DNA from: a virus
Taxonomy: Duplodnaviria; Caudoviricetes
Reading direction: 5' to 3' (one strand)
Length of the DNA: 31,521 nt
IMG/VR virus record: IMGVR_UViG_3300037422_000339
Coordinates: 1-31,521 of that record
Position 1 is the first letter of the stretch; each line of letters starts with the position of its first letter. Under the pieces are notes generated by a model that saw only the letters and a list, made by a program, of their open reading frames with translations, was not told the DNA's origin and searched no databases. Shown here piece after piece: positions 18,786 to 27,334 of this stretch. A program made the position numbers and the translations under genes.

Positions 18786-19310
18786 CTAGGCGGTCGGGTA
18801 CGGCGCCGCCACCGTAAGTTCGTCGCCCGTCTTGATCTTGACGCGCAACGCCACCTGCGTGGTGCTGACCCAGTAGACTTCGTCGTCGCCCGAGCCCGAG
18901 CCCTTGTTGAGCAACTGGCCGTTCAGGTGGATCTCAATGCGGCCGTCGCCCTCGAAGAGCGCGCCGGTCGCCGGCAACGTCACGTCGGTGTCGCCGTCGA
19001 GCGCGGCAGGGCCACCACCGAAGTAGACGCCCGTCTGAATGCTGATCGCCGTGTCGATCGCGACGTTGTCGGGGAACGTCAAGACCACTTCACGGATCTC
19101 AATGGCGCCGGCCGCGCTCGTGGTGATTCGGGCCACACCCGTCGCCGGGTTCGTCAGGGTCCCGTTGGAAACTTCCAGAATGCTGACCGGTGAGATCGAA
19201 GGCGAGCCGTCGATCTCACGGACCGTCTGGATTCCATTTCGCCGCGGGAAGCTGCTGGACTGGTTGGGCACGTTACGTAGGTCCGAGAATGCCGACGTCT
19301 GGTTCGACAT
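18786..19310 (-). CDS. Putative virion structural protein
   Basis: 174 aa; IQTGV...LPAT...NGQLLNKG...WVSTTQ...KIKTGD shared with the downstream ORF. Confidence 0.75.
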   Translation of the reverse strand: MSNQTSAFSDLRNVPNQSSSFPRRNGIQTVREIDGSPSISPVSILEVSNGTLTNPATGVARITTSAAGAIEIREVVLTFPDNVAIDTAISIQTGVYFGGGPAALDGDTDVTLPATGALFEGDGRIEIHLNGQLLNKGSGSGDDEVYWVSTTQVALRVKIKTGDELTVAAPYPTA

Positions 19311-19357
19311 GGCCGTGCTTCAGCATAGCTCGGCCTTGCACGTCGGCGAGCCCGGGC

Positions 19358-19690
19358 CTACCTGTTGAAGCTGCTGCTCTGCAACTTCTTCTGACCGGAC
19401 TGAGCCTTCTCGGCGGTTCCGGCCCGGACCCGCGCCCGCTGCATGGCCTGCGTGTAGACTTCGTCGCGGGCCTTGTCGGCCGCCGCCAAGACTCCGTCGT
19501 ACTCGGCCTGGCACGAGCCGCAAAGCTCTTGGCCGTCGAGCGACCCGACACGGCCCCCCGGGAACGACGCCTTTGACACCCACCCGGACGGCAGCGGGAT
19601 CTTCGAGAGGTCCAGGGCGCCGCCCTTCCCAAGGTCCACAGACTCTCGGGAACCGCACCACTCGCACTCGCGCTCGATCTTGAGACCCAC
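19358..19690 (-). CDS. Small Zn-finger-like protein (CEWC...CGSC) with helical basic tail
   Basis: Start reassigned to GTG 19688-19690 behind SD GAGAGGAG; 110 aa. Confidence 0.75.
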   Translation of the reverse strand: MGLKIERECEWCGSRESVDLGKGGALDLSKIPLPSGWVSKASFPGGRVGSLDGQELCGSCQAEYDGVLAAADKARDEVYTQAMQRARVRAGTAEKAQSGQKKLQSSSFNR

Positions 19691-19711
19691 GTGTCCGCTC
19701 CTCTCGGATCC

Positions 19712-19725
19712 GGCAACCGGTTGCC
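19712..19725. repeat. Dispersed palindrome, perfect (intergenic, upstream of Zn-finger gene)
   Basis: GGCAACCGGTTGCC. Confidence 0.9.
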
Positions 19726-19728
19726 CGG

Positions 19729-20163
19729 CTACGTATCGATCCGGCCGCTCATTTCGATCTTGATGCCGCCGTCCACCACCGACGACTTGGGCGTCACCAC
19801 GAGACGCGCAAGCCTCATGGTGTCCTCTTGGTTGTGCTCGAACAGGTCGTTGGGCTGGGCCACGCCAACACCCAGACCGCTCTTGGTGGCCCACGTTCCG
19901 TTGGCCGGGTCGCCGTCGTTGGGGTAGCCGGGGGTCGGCAGGAACTCTTGGATCTCGACCTCAACGGTCGGGGTGCCGCCGCCCGCGTGGATCGGCAACA
20001 CCTTGAACGCCTGCCGGGCGTATCCGGTGAAGTCCACGATCATGGCGGCGTCGGTATAGGCCGTGTCCACCGCCAACGCGGCCGTCGCGACGAAGTGCTC
20101 ACGAAACAGGCGGTAGCCGAACGTCGCGACGTTGATCGGGCTGTACTTTTTGTTGTGGATCAA
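19729..20163 (-). CDS. Hypothetical (probably structural, beta-rich) protein
   Basis: 144 aa, TTG start 1 nt after adaptor stop, GC-rich third codon positions. Confidence 0.7.
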   Translation of the reverse strand: MIHNKKYSPINVATFGYRLFREHFVATAALAVDTAYTDAAMIVDFTGYARQAFKVLPIHAGGGTPTVEVEIQEFLPTPGYPNDGDPANGTWATKSGLGVGVAQPNDLFEHNQEDTMRLARLVVTPKSSVVDGGIKIEMSGRIDT

Positions 20164-20164
20164 G

Positions 20165-21058
20165 TTACACCCACGATCCCGTCACGGCCGACGCTCGGAA
20201 ACGGCTCAGGATCGCGTCGGCCCGCGGATCCCCCGTTCCGGCAAACACTTTACCACCCTTGACCCCCTCGAAGAACTCGACCTCGTAGTTGTCGGTTTCT
20301 TCGCGGCGCATACGCTTGCGCTCGTCGGCGCCCGTTTCCTCGTCGCTGCCGGGCGCCGAAACGTTCGCCAGGACCGTACGGACCACCGCTTCCCGTACCA
20401 GCCGGGGAACTTGACCGTAGCGGATCACCGACGAGCCGACCGCCGCGCTCTTTGGGCTGGGGTCGATCTCGACGACTCCCGGCGTCGGAACAGCCCCAAC
20501 GATCACCCAGAACCGCCGGTCGATCAACAGCAGATCGTTCCGGCCCAGATCCGTCGTGTCGCCAAGATCTAGCGTCACACCCCCCAGGGACAGCGCACTC
20601 GTCAGCGTCGTTTCAATCTTTACGTCAAGATCAAGCCAGCCGAACGTCGCGGTGAACCTGACGTTTTGGTAGTCGTAGGGGAACCGGTTGTCAGGAAACG
20701 CGCGAAACGCCCGATCAAATGCCCAGGGGCTCTTGTCAAACGGCCGCAACTGGACTCGCCGCTCGTCCACCACGTAGGTGTTGGCCGAGAGCGGCGTGAG
20801 CGTGCCGTCCGCCGACAAGTGTTGGACCGCCACCAACTCAATGATCTTGTTGCGGTACGGCTCTTCCACGTAGATCTGCCCGAGCCCGTTGACCGGGACG
20901 GTCTTGTAGACGGGACCGAACACCTGTTGGGTCAGGCTCTCGATCAGGGCAGCCGAATACTCGAGCCGATCAATCAACACGTCGTCCGGGTAGACCGTCA
21001 CGTCCGAAAGGCCCGCGGCTCTCAAGTCCGCGATCCTGGCGTAAACGGATCGGCCCAC
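20165..21058 (-). CDS. Head-tail adaptor (HK97 gp6-like) with inserted domain
   Basis: YARIADLR...LEYSAALIESLTQQVF...FPYDYQNVRFTATFGW...VPRLVREAV...AILSRFR. Confidence 0.8.
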   Translation of the reverse strand: MGRSVYARIADLRAAGLSDVTVYPDDVLIDRLEYSAALIESLTQQVFGPVYKTVPVNGLGQIYVEEPYRNKIIELVAVQHLSADGTLTPLSANTYVVDERRVQLRPFDKSPWAFDRAFRAFPDNRFPYDYQNVRFTATFGWLDLDVKIETTLTSALSLGGVTLDLGDTTDLGRNDLLLIDRRFWVIVGAVPTPGVVEIDPSPKSAAVGSSVIRYGQVPRLVREAVVRTVLANVSAPGSDEETGADERKRMRREETDNYEVEFFEGVKGGKVFAGTGDPRADAILSRFRASAVTGSWV

Positions 21059-21081
21059 CCGAACGACCTAGCGGCGGCCTG

Positions 21082-21621
21082 CTAGACCGAGATCGACTGG
21101 CTGACGGACCCGTCGCGATTCAGGATCTCGACGGGCGACTCGTTGCCGGTCCTGGGGCGAGGGGCTCGAGGATTCGGCACCGGCGGCTGTACCAGCGGAA
21201 CCCCAGCCAACGGGGACCGCCCAACCGGCTGAACGGCGCGCCCACCAACCTGTACGACCGCGGCGGGCTGGGCGCCGCTGTTGGGGGCTGGGGGCGGTGC
21301 TTGCACGTTACGAGCGCCAGGCGCCACTGCTTGGGGTAGCGGGGCCTTGCTGTAGACCGCGAACGACTTGGTCTTCTTGGGATCGAACCCGTTGACCAGG
21401 CCGACCTGATCGAGCGGGACCCCCGCCTGGTTGCACTCGACCATGACGTCACCTCGGGCCCGGAAGAACTCGAGATCGGTCTGCTGCGTGACCGGCACGA
21501 TCTGGCCGCGCACGAGGATCACGGCCTTCTGGCCGAGGCGGTTGTAGAACCGGTAGTCCAAGCAGTTCTTGAGCTTGAAGTACCCGAGAACCTTGCGGGG
21601 GGTGCTGATCGACGGCGTCAT
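21082..21621 (-). CDS. Hypothetical capsid-associated protein with Pro-rich C-terminus
   Basis: ATG 21619-21621 behind SD GAGGT; follows the capsid gene. Confidence 0.7.
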   Translation of the reverse strand: MTPSISTPRKVLGYFKLKNCLDYRFYNRLGQKAVILVRGQIVPVTQQTDLEFFRARGDVMVECNQAGVPLDQVGLVNGFDPKKTKSFAVYSKAPLPQAVAPGARNVQAPPPAPNSGAQPAAVVQVGGRAVQPVGRSPLAGVPLVQPPVPNPRAPRPRTGNESPVEILNRDGSVSQSISV

Positions 21622-21631
21622 GCTGTACCTC

Positions 21632-21671
21632 AAAACGGAAGTGGGGCGGCCGACAGTTCGGCCGCCCCACT
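21632..21671 (-). terminator. Intrinsic terminator-like hairpin after major capsid gene
   Basis: Perfect 14-bp stem AGTGGGGCGGCCGA / TCGGCCGCCCCACT (21640-21671), 4-nt loop, then TCCGTTTT on the minus strand. Confidence 0.75.
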
Positions 21672-21704
21672 ACTTTACCGTAGCGCCGTCTTGTTGGCTA
21701 GACG

Positions 21705-23051
21705 CTAGGGCGTGGCCGTCGCGACGTGGCGCTTGCCGCGCAGGTTGATCCCCAGCACGCACGCGTCGAGGTTCTCGACCTGCGCGTCCGTCTGGTTGTA
21801 CGCAATCGTCTCGATCCGATCGAAGTCCTTGTTGAACTCCGTGAACATGCGAGTCCCCGCCAGGATCCCCCAGATCAGGTTCATGGGGTTGGTCAGCATG
21901 ACGAACGTGCCCTCGTAGACGGTACCGGTCACGGCCGCGCCCGTCACCGTCACGGGCGTGACCCCGTCGGTGAGGCCGAACGTGTAGCTGGCGTCGCGGG
22001 TTGCCGGGATCGTAATGGCCACCGACGTGGCCGCGCCCGTGTTGGTCGTCTTGATCCGCAGACGCCCGTAGGTGTCGTCGAACGCCACGGCCAGCAGGCC
22101 CGCCGCCACGAACGCCGCATTGATCGTCGCGACGATCTCTCGGGTCTCACGGACCCCCGCCGTAAACGTCACGGTGAGGGGCGCGCCACCGTTGATCGCC
22201 ACGACCAACTGGTCGTTGACGCCCGACTCGATCTGGAACGCCCCGAAGGCCGAGCCGCCAACCTCAGCGGGCGTCGCCTCGCTGACGGTCAGCGGCAGGT
22301 TGTTGGGGATCAGCGGGACCATCTGGAGGGGCCGCCCGTAAGGGGCAATGTTGGCCCCGGCGGACCCGAGAGCGGCGTCTCCCAGGCCCGTCTGGCGGCC
22401 CTGAAGGACGTCCTGCCAGTCGATCACGGTGGTGTGGCCCACAATGAACCGAAGGTTTGGGTCGCCCTGGTACTGCGCCGGCATCATGCGAAGCATCTCG
22501 CTGAACACGCCGGGCTCAAGCTGAGCGCCGCCGAGATCGAGAACGTGACCACCGTCCCGCGCCAGCTTGTACCAGCCGTCGTTGCCGACCAGCAGGTTGC
22601 CCAGCTTGTCGTTGGGGGCGGGCGTCAGCGTCGTGTCACCCAGCAGCGCCAGGTACTCGAGGTCCGTCGCCGAACGGCCAGCCATGGCGCGCATGGCCGT
22701 CATCTCGAACTCCTCACCCTCGATGTTCTGCTGCAACACCTCGGTGGTGAGGTCGTACTGGCTCTTGGTCTTGCGGGCGTCCAGGTGGACCTGGTTGGAC
22801 AGCAGCTTGTTGTTCTGCTGGGGGTTGCTGTTCTCGCTGACCGAGATCGTGATGGGCTCGCCCGAGTGCAGCTTGCTGATGTCCATGGCGGCCTGCGGCA
22901 TCACCACGGTGCGGGCCGCCGCCAACAGGCTGGCGTACCGCTTCATCAGCACGATGTACTGGGTCTGCTGCTCACGAGTGAGAAGACCCTGCCCGCCGGC
23001 AAAGTCCCCCGTCTCGATCGCCTTGAGCACCGCTTCCATGTCGTAAGTCAC
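21705..23051 (-). CDS. Major capsid protein (HK97 fold, P2/PBSX-like) with ~115-aa insertion
   Basis: GLLTREQ, EVLQQNIEG, DLEYLALLGD, NDGWYKLA, MPAQY, LTNPMNLIWG; SD GAGGAG; follows the protease. Confidence 0.92.
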   Translation of the reverse strand: MTYDMEAVLKAIETGDFAGGQGLLTREQQTQYIVLMKRYASLLAAARTVVMPQAAMDISKLHSGEPITISVSENSNPQQNNKLLSNQVHLDARKTKSQYDLTTEVLQQNIEGEEFEMTAMRAMAGRSATDLEYLALLGDTTLTPAPNDKLGNLLVGNDGWYKLARDGGHVLDLGGAQLEPGVFSEMLRMMPAQYQGDPNLRFIVGHTTVIDWQDVLQGRQTGLGDAALGSAGANIAPYGRPLQMVPLIPNNLPLTVSEATPAEVGGSAFGAFQIESGVNDQLVVAINGGAPLTVTFTAGVRETREIVATINAAFVAAGLLAVAFDDTYGRLRIKTTNTGAATSVAITIPATRDASYTFGLTDGVTPVTVTGAAVTGTVYEGTFVMLTNPMNLIWGILAGTRMFTEFNKDFDRIETIAYNQTDAQVENLDACVLGINLRGKRHVATATP

Positions 23052-23090
23052 GTTAGTCTCCTCTTGCTCGTTCCTGGCTTCGAGCCCAGG

Positions 23091-24962
23091 TTACCGACGG
23101 CTCGCCATATAGGCCAGCCGCGCCTTGTCGAACAGACCACGGTAGGGGTTCGCCGCGTCGGGCTGGCGCACCTGACCCCCCGCGTCCTTGTTGACCACGG
23201 TGTTCTGCGGCGTCTGCCCCGTCGGCGTCTGCCCGATCACCACCTGGTTGTCCTGCTGGGGGGCCGACTGCCGCACGCCCGCCGCCGCCTCGAGCTTGCT
23301 GAGGCGCTCGCCCGACGTCTTCTCGATCGAATCGAGACGCCCGTTGATCCCGGCCGTCTGCTTCTCGACCAGCATCTTGAAGCCGTCGGCCATGCCGACC
23401 AGCCCCTTGGCAAGCTCCTGAGCGAGGGCCTCGAAGCTGACGCCGAACTGCCGGACCACCTCGGCGTTGTTGTTGGGCAGACCCGTCAGCGCCTTCGCGA
23501 CGATCTGCTCGATCTGAGCGGCCGACACCGACTTCTCGGTGGTCTCGGGGGCCGGCTCGGGCTCGCCCAGCAGCTTGCTCATGGCCTGACGGATCTTGCG
23601 GATCGAGTCGCCCGACTTCTCGACGAGCCCCGCCGCCTTGACGGCGTCCCACGCCTTCACCAGCGCCGTGATCTCGATGGGCTCGGCCGGCGGGGCCGGC
23701 GGATCGAACGTCTTGGCGATCCGACCCAGAACCTCGAGGCCCTTGCTGACCGCCTCGGCGTTGATCGTCGCGATCAGCGACGAAGCAGCGGCCGGCGTGG
23801 CCGACTGGCTCGCCGCCTTGTTGGTGTCGTTGGCCGTGGTGATCGGGGCCTCCGGGGCCGCCGTCGGCGTCGCGCTCGCGCTCATGTCAAGTCCCTTCAT
23901 GTCGAAGCCCATGGCCTCGTGGTACCGATTGAATTCGTCCGCGCTGTAGTCTCGCAACTCAGGCGGTTCCCTGTCCAGATCACGATAGTGTCGGGCCAGG
24001 TGGTTGTAAACGGCAGAACGGTCCGCCGCCGGAATGTTGGTTCCGCCTCGCGCCCCCAGCAACGCAGCCATGGCGGCGATCACGCCGCGCTCATGCGTCA
24101 CCAGGGCACCGTCCACCAAGGTGTGGTGGGGCAGCTTGTAGGCCGTCTTCAACTGGGGGGTGGTTCCGTCCGTATCTTCGATCCACGCGTGGGCGGCCTT
24201 GTAGCGGTCCCAGTTGCCGTCACCCAGGACAGCGTTGCTGGCGGCTGAGTTCCAAGACCACGCGGCGCCCCGAAGCGCCGGGTACGCGCGATAGGGCACG
24301 GCCGTTTTGGCAACCGGTTGCCCGTCGGTCTGGGGCGGGACGGTTTTGCGCGGCTCGTTCACGACGATCGGGTCGGCCGCCGCAATCGGAACCTCTTCGG
24401 TGGTGGGCTCACCGCCGAAGCAGTCCTTAATGACTGCGTCAACGAACTTGGTTCGGGGAACCGCCGCCTGGCCCGGGCGGGTCGTCGCAATGTGCTCGAG
24501 CACGAGATCGTCGAGCACTCGGATCCGACGACCTTTCGGGCCGTCCTCGAACTTCACGGCCTTGGGGTTCTCGAGGTTCAGGAACCCACCGATCGACAAC
24601 TGCTTGGTGGGCTTCCCCGACGACACCTCTCGGAACAGATCCATGGACTGGGGGTAGCGGTCGTCCAACTCGAAATCGACGTGGAACTGCGTGACGGTCT
24701 TGTCGCCGTTCTGAACCTTCTTGACCCAAGCGTCATGGGTGTGGCCGAACCCGAACGTCGCCCGGTGGTTGTCGAGCAGCGACAGCTTGTTTTCCTTGGC
24801 CTGTTTGACCATCGACGAGATCGCACGATCCGACATGCGATCCCCAGTCCGGTCCTCAGCGGAATCCGACGCGATCCCTACGACGTGAAGTTTGCCCTCA
24901 GGCGTCTTGTATGCCTGGGCGTAGTCCATGTCGAACGAAAAGTCGCGCCGCGTGTCGGTCAT
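23091..24962 (-). CDS. Prohead protease-scaffold fusion
   Basis: VVGIASDSAEDRTGDRM, LLDNH, QLSIGG, LEHIATTRPGQAAVP protease motifs; central YKLPHH domain; helical C-terminus. Confidence 0.85.
   Translation of the reverse strand: MTDTRRDFSFDMDYAQAYKTPEGKLHVVGIASDSAEDRTGDRMSDRAISSMVKQAKENKLSLLDNHRATFGFGHTHDAWVKKVQNGDKTVTQFHVDFELDDRYPQSMDLFREVSSGKPTKQLSIGGFLNLENPKAVKFEDGPKGRRIRVLDDLVLEHIATTRPGQAAVPRTKFVDAVIKDCFGGEPTTEEVPIAAADPIVVNEPRKTVPPQTDGQPVAKTAVPYRAYPALRGAAWSWNSAASNAVLGDGNWDRYKAAHAWIEDTDGTTPQLKTAYKLPHHTLVDGALVTHERGVIAAMAALLGARGGTNIPAADRSAVYNHLARHYRDLDREPPELRDYSADEFNRYHEAMGFDMKGLDMSASATPTAAPEAPITTANDTNKAASQSATPAAASSLIATINAEAVSKGLEVLGRIAKTFDPPAPPAEPIEITALVKAWDAVKAAGLVEKSGDSIRKIRQAMSKLLGEPEPAPETTEKSVSAAQIEQIVAKALTGLPNNNAEVVRQFGVSFEALAQELAKGLVGMADGFKMLVEKQTAGINGRLDSIEKTSGERLSKLEAAAGVRQSAPQQDNQVVIGQTPTGQTPQNTVVNKDAGGQVRQPDAANPYRGLFDKARLAYMASRR
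24309..24322. repeat. Dispersed palindrome, perfect (in protease gene)
   Basis: GGCAACCGGTTGCC. Confidence 0.9.
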
Positions 24963-24980
24963 GGGGCCTCTGTAAACCGC

Positions 24981-26666
24981 TTACGTTTTACCGAGACGCA
25001 ACTCGGAAGGCAACGACCTAACACGATTCACCGCAACCTTTACAGCTTCGTCGAACACGGCGGTCGCGTTGGTCGGTGGTGTCTCGGCGGTCTCGTCACC
25101 GCCCTCTTCCTCGTCCTGATCGTCGGCGGGCTCTTCGGACCCTTCCGCCCCGTCCGGCTCTTCGTTGACGGGTGGGGCTTCGGCGTCCTCACCTTCGGGC
25201 TCGACCGCCAATTCACTGGCGTTGGTGAGGCGGCCTTCCGCCGCGAGCAGCGCAATTGGCAGCGGAACCTGAGCCCACTCTTCCGTCTTGGGGAACGGCT
25301 CTCGGCCTAGATCCGCTCGGATCTCGTTGGGCGACAACACCCCCGACAACGAATAGGACCGGTGGACGACCGCCCGTTCAGTCGGGTCCGACGTCTCGGG
25401 CCGAACGAACCGGAACAGTACCTTCGTGGCTTTCAATTCCTTGCGGACGATCAGCTTGTTGATCGTGTGCTCTTTGAGGGCTCGTGCCGGTCCGAACTCT
25501 TGCTCGTCGGTCGTGGCCTTCGCGACGACCGCCGACGCCTTCGTGAGCTTCTCGCTCTTGAAATAAACCTCGGACAACCCCAGCGCCTCACGGATCTCTT
25601 CGTCGTTCATGCGACGGTAGTTCAAGAAACTACCGTCCTCGTTCTTTCCGACCGTGAGGGGCTGAAGCTCGAGCGTCGCCGTATTCTTGTCGTCTACGCC
25701 GATACCCTCTCGGGTGGCCTGCAACACGATCAACCGACCGTGCTGGTCGGGGCCCTGGCCCTCTCGGAATAGATTGGAGATCTGGTCGCGGCTCTTATCG
25801 TCGAGCACACCGCCCGTCACCAGCACGGCCATGCGGGGCACGCTGTCGTGTTTCATGAGCGACACGTTGCGCTTGGCCGCGTGGAAGTTTCCAGCAATGG
25901 CCGCACCAGCCGGAACAAACCGCGGCACCCCGTAGTACTCGCTGGTGGGGCTGTACAGCAAGAAATGCATGATCTCGCTGGCGCGGTGCTCGATCGGAAG
26001 GGGGCCTTCAACCCCCCGATTGAAGCCGGGCTCGCCCGCGAAAGCACCGTTGCGCGCGTCCATGACGCGGTCGTCGCCGAACCGCTTGAAGTACCGACGG
26101 CCAACTTCCCGGATCTGAACGAATCCCCGATAGTTCCTGAGGATCCTCACCGTCGTGGACATGACGTGGAATGCCGACTTGACCTTGCCGGCGCCGTCCC
26201 GCACGAACTCGACGTAGCCGTTGCCCGTCGCCTCTTCGTCGGTGACGACGCATTCCATGAGCGCGTTGAACGGGACCGTCGGGTTAATGTCCTCGAAGAA
26301 CGCCTTGACCCGAAGGATCTCAGCCTGGATCTGGGCCTTCTCTCGGTCGGTGGTGTCTCGCGTGATCTGCTGGCCCGGCACCACCGTCCAGCCGAGCCCC
26401 ACCGTGTTGCGGGCGATCACCCGGATACCACGGGCCAGGCGGGTCGCGCGGGCCAACTGTGACGCCCAGAGCCGCAAGTCGATCGGCGGCTCGACGATCT
26501 GATCGCCTGATAGTCCCTCGCGCGGTTCGATCTGGTTGGATCCCGGTTGCCAACCCTTCTCAACAGAATCGCCCCGCCGCTGCGTAACGGGGCTGACCAA
26601 CCACTCGATTTCGCTGATCGAAGCGTTGGCGGCGTCGTTTGGTCCAAACATTTCCATACGGCTCAT
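24981..26666 (-). CDS. Portal protein (PBSX family-like)
   Basis: IVEPPIDL, DEEATGNGYVEFVRD, YFKRFGD, SEYYGVP, DGSFLNYR, GVLSPNEIR; acidic C-terminal tail. Confidence 0.93.
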   Translation of the reverse strand: MSRMEMFGPNDAANASISEIEWLVSPVTQRRGDSVEKGWQPGSNQIEPREGLSGDQIVEPPIDLRLWASQLARATRLARGIRVIARNTVGLGWTVVPGQQITRDTTDREKAQIQAEILRVKAFFEDINPTVPFNALMECVVTDEEATGNGYVEFVRDGAGKVKSAFHVMSTTVRILRNYRGFVQIREVGRRYFKRFGDDRVMDARNGAFAGEPGFNRGVEGPLPIEHRASEIMHFLLYSPTSEYYGVPRFVPAGAAIAGNFHAAKRNVSLMKHDSVPRMAVLVTGGVLDDKSRDQISNLFREGQGPDQHGRLIVLQATREGIGVDDKNTATLELQPLTVGKNEDGSFLNYRRMNDEEIREALGLSEVYFKSEKLTKASAVVAKATTDEQEFGPARALKEHTINKLIVRKELKATKVLFRFVRPETSDPTERAVVHRSYSLSGVLSPNEIRADLGREPFPKTEEWAQVPLPIALLAAEGRLTNASELAVEPEGEDAEAPPVNEEPDGAEGSEEPADDQDEEEGGDETAETPPTNATAVFDEAVKVAVNRVRSLPSELRLGKT

Positions 26667-26672
26667 ATGTTA

Positions 26673-26688
26673 CGGCAACCGGTTGCCG
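26673..26688. repeat. Dispersed palindrome, perfect 16-mer (intergenic, upstream of portal)
   Basis: CGGCAACCGGTTGCCG. Confidence 0.9.
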
Positions 26689-26733
26689 AAAAGAACACAA
26701 GACCGACCTGGACACGCGCCCGGTCAGTCTTGT
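26689..26733 (-). terminator. Terminator-like hairpin immediately upstream of portal
   Basis: Minus strand ACAAGACTGACCGGG-7nt-CCAGGTCGGTCTTGT (one G-U, one mismatch) followed by GTTCTTTT. Confidence 0.55.
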
Positions 26734-26760
26734 GGGGTTGAGGCGAAGAAGGGTTGGGTG

Positions 26761-27267
26761 TTAGCCGCTGCTGGGCCGGTCCGACCGACCCCTCATGGTT
26801 CCGCTCATGAGCCCGCCGGCCGGCGGGCTCGACAAGGCGTCACCGCGGGGACCCGGCGCGTCCGGGTGGGTCGGCGTCGCCGTCGGAAGCGCCGGGGTAC
26901 CGATCCGCTTGGGATCCATGGGGATCCGGCCGCCCGACAGCGCCGTGGAAGCAAGCCCGGCCTGCTCGGCCCGCATGGTCGGGGCGCCCAGCGCCAGCGG
27001 TGCCGTCAGCAGCTTGGCCGGCGCGTTCCTGGTGGCGGGCAGCCGGCCGGGCTGACCGGGATACGGCGTCGTACCCTCAGCCATGGGCGTGGGCGGCATG
27101 GCACCGCCCGGACCCTCGGCCCGCAGCGCCGTCGCGGCCATACGCTGGGTCCGCGAGGTCTTCGCGTCCTCAATGCCACCCACGACCGTACCGCCGGGCG
27201 TCATGACCGGCATGATCTTGCTGCCGAACGGACTCGTCGCCTTCGTGACCTGCATGGGCTGCTTCAT
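26761..27267 (-). CDS. Pro/Gly/Met-rich, probably disordered hypothetical protein
   Basis: 168 aa; SD GAGAGGA upstream of ATG. Confidence 0.7.
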   Translation of the reverse strand: MKQPMQVTKATSPFGSKIMPVMTPGGTVVGGIEDAKTSRTQRMAATALRAEGPGGAMPPTPMAEGTTPYPGQPGRLPATRNAPAKLLTAPLALGAPTMRAEQAGLASTALSGGRIPMDPKRIGTPALPTATPTHPDAPGPRGDALSSPPAGGLMSGTMRGRSDRPSSG

Positions 27268-27334
27268 GTTGTCGATCCTCTCGTTGGGTATTTATTTGTA
27301 TTGAGGAAGCGGGGCGGTGTGGACCGCGCTGAAC

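Noticed and set aside
14963-19310. Diversity-generating retroelement target/template repeats
   Set aside because: No reverse transcriptase, and no ~100-bp near-identical repeat differing at adenines was noticed; paralogy is only at the diverged protein level
19358-19894. Longer 178-aa version of the Zn-finger ORF
   Set aside because: The extension overlaps ORF 19729-20163; a strong SD supports the GTG at 19690
21726-24248. 840-aa plus-strand ORF
   Set aside because: Antisense shadow of the capsid and protease genes
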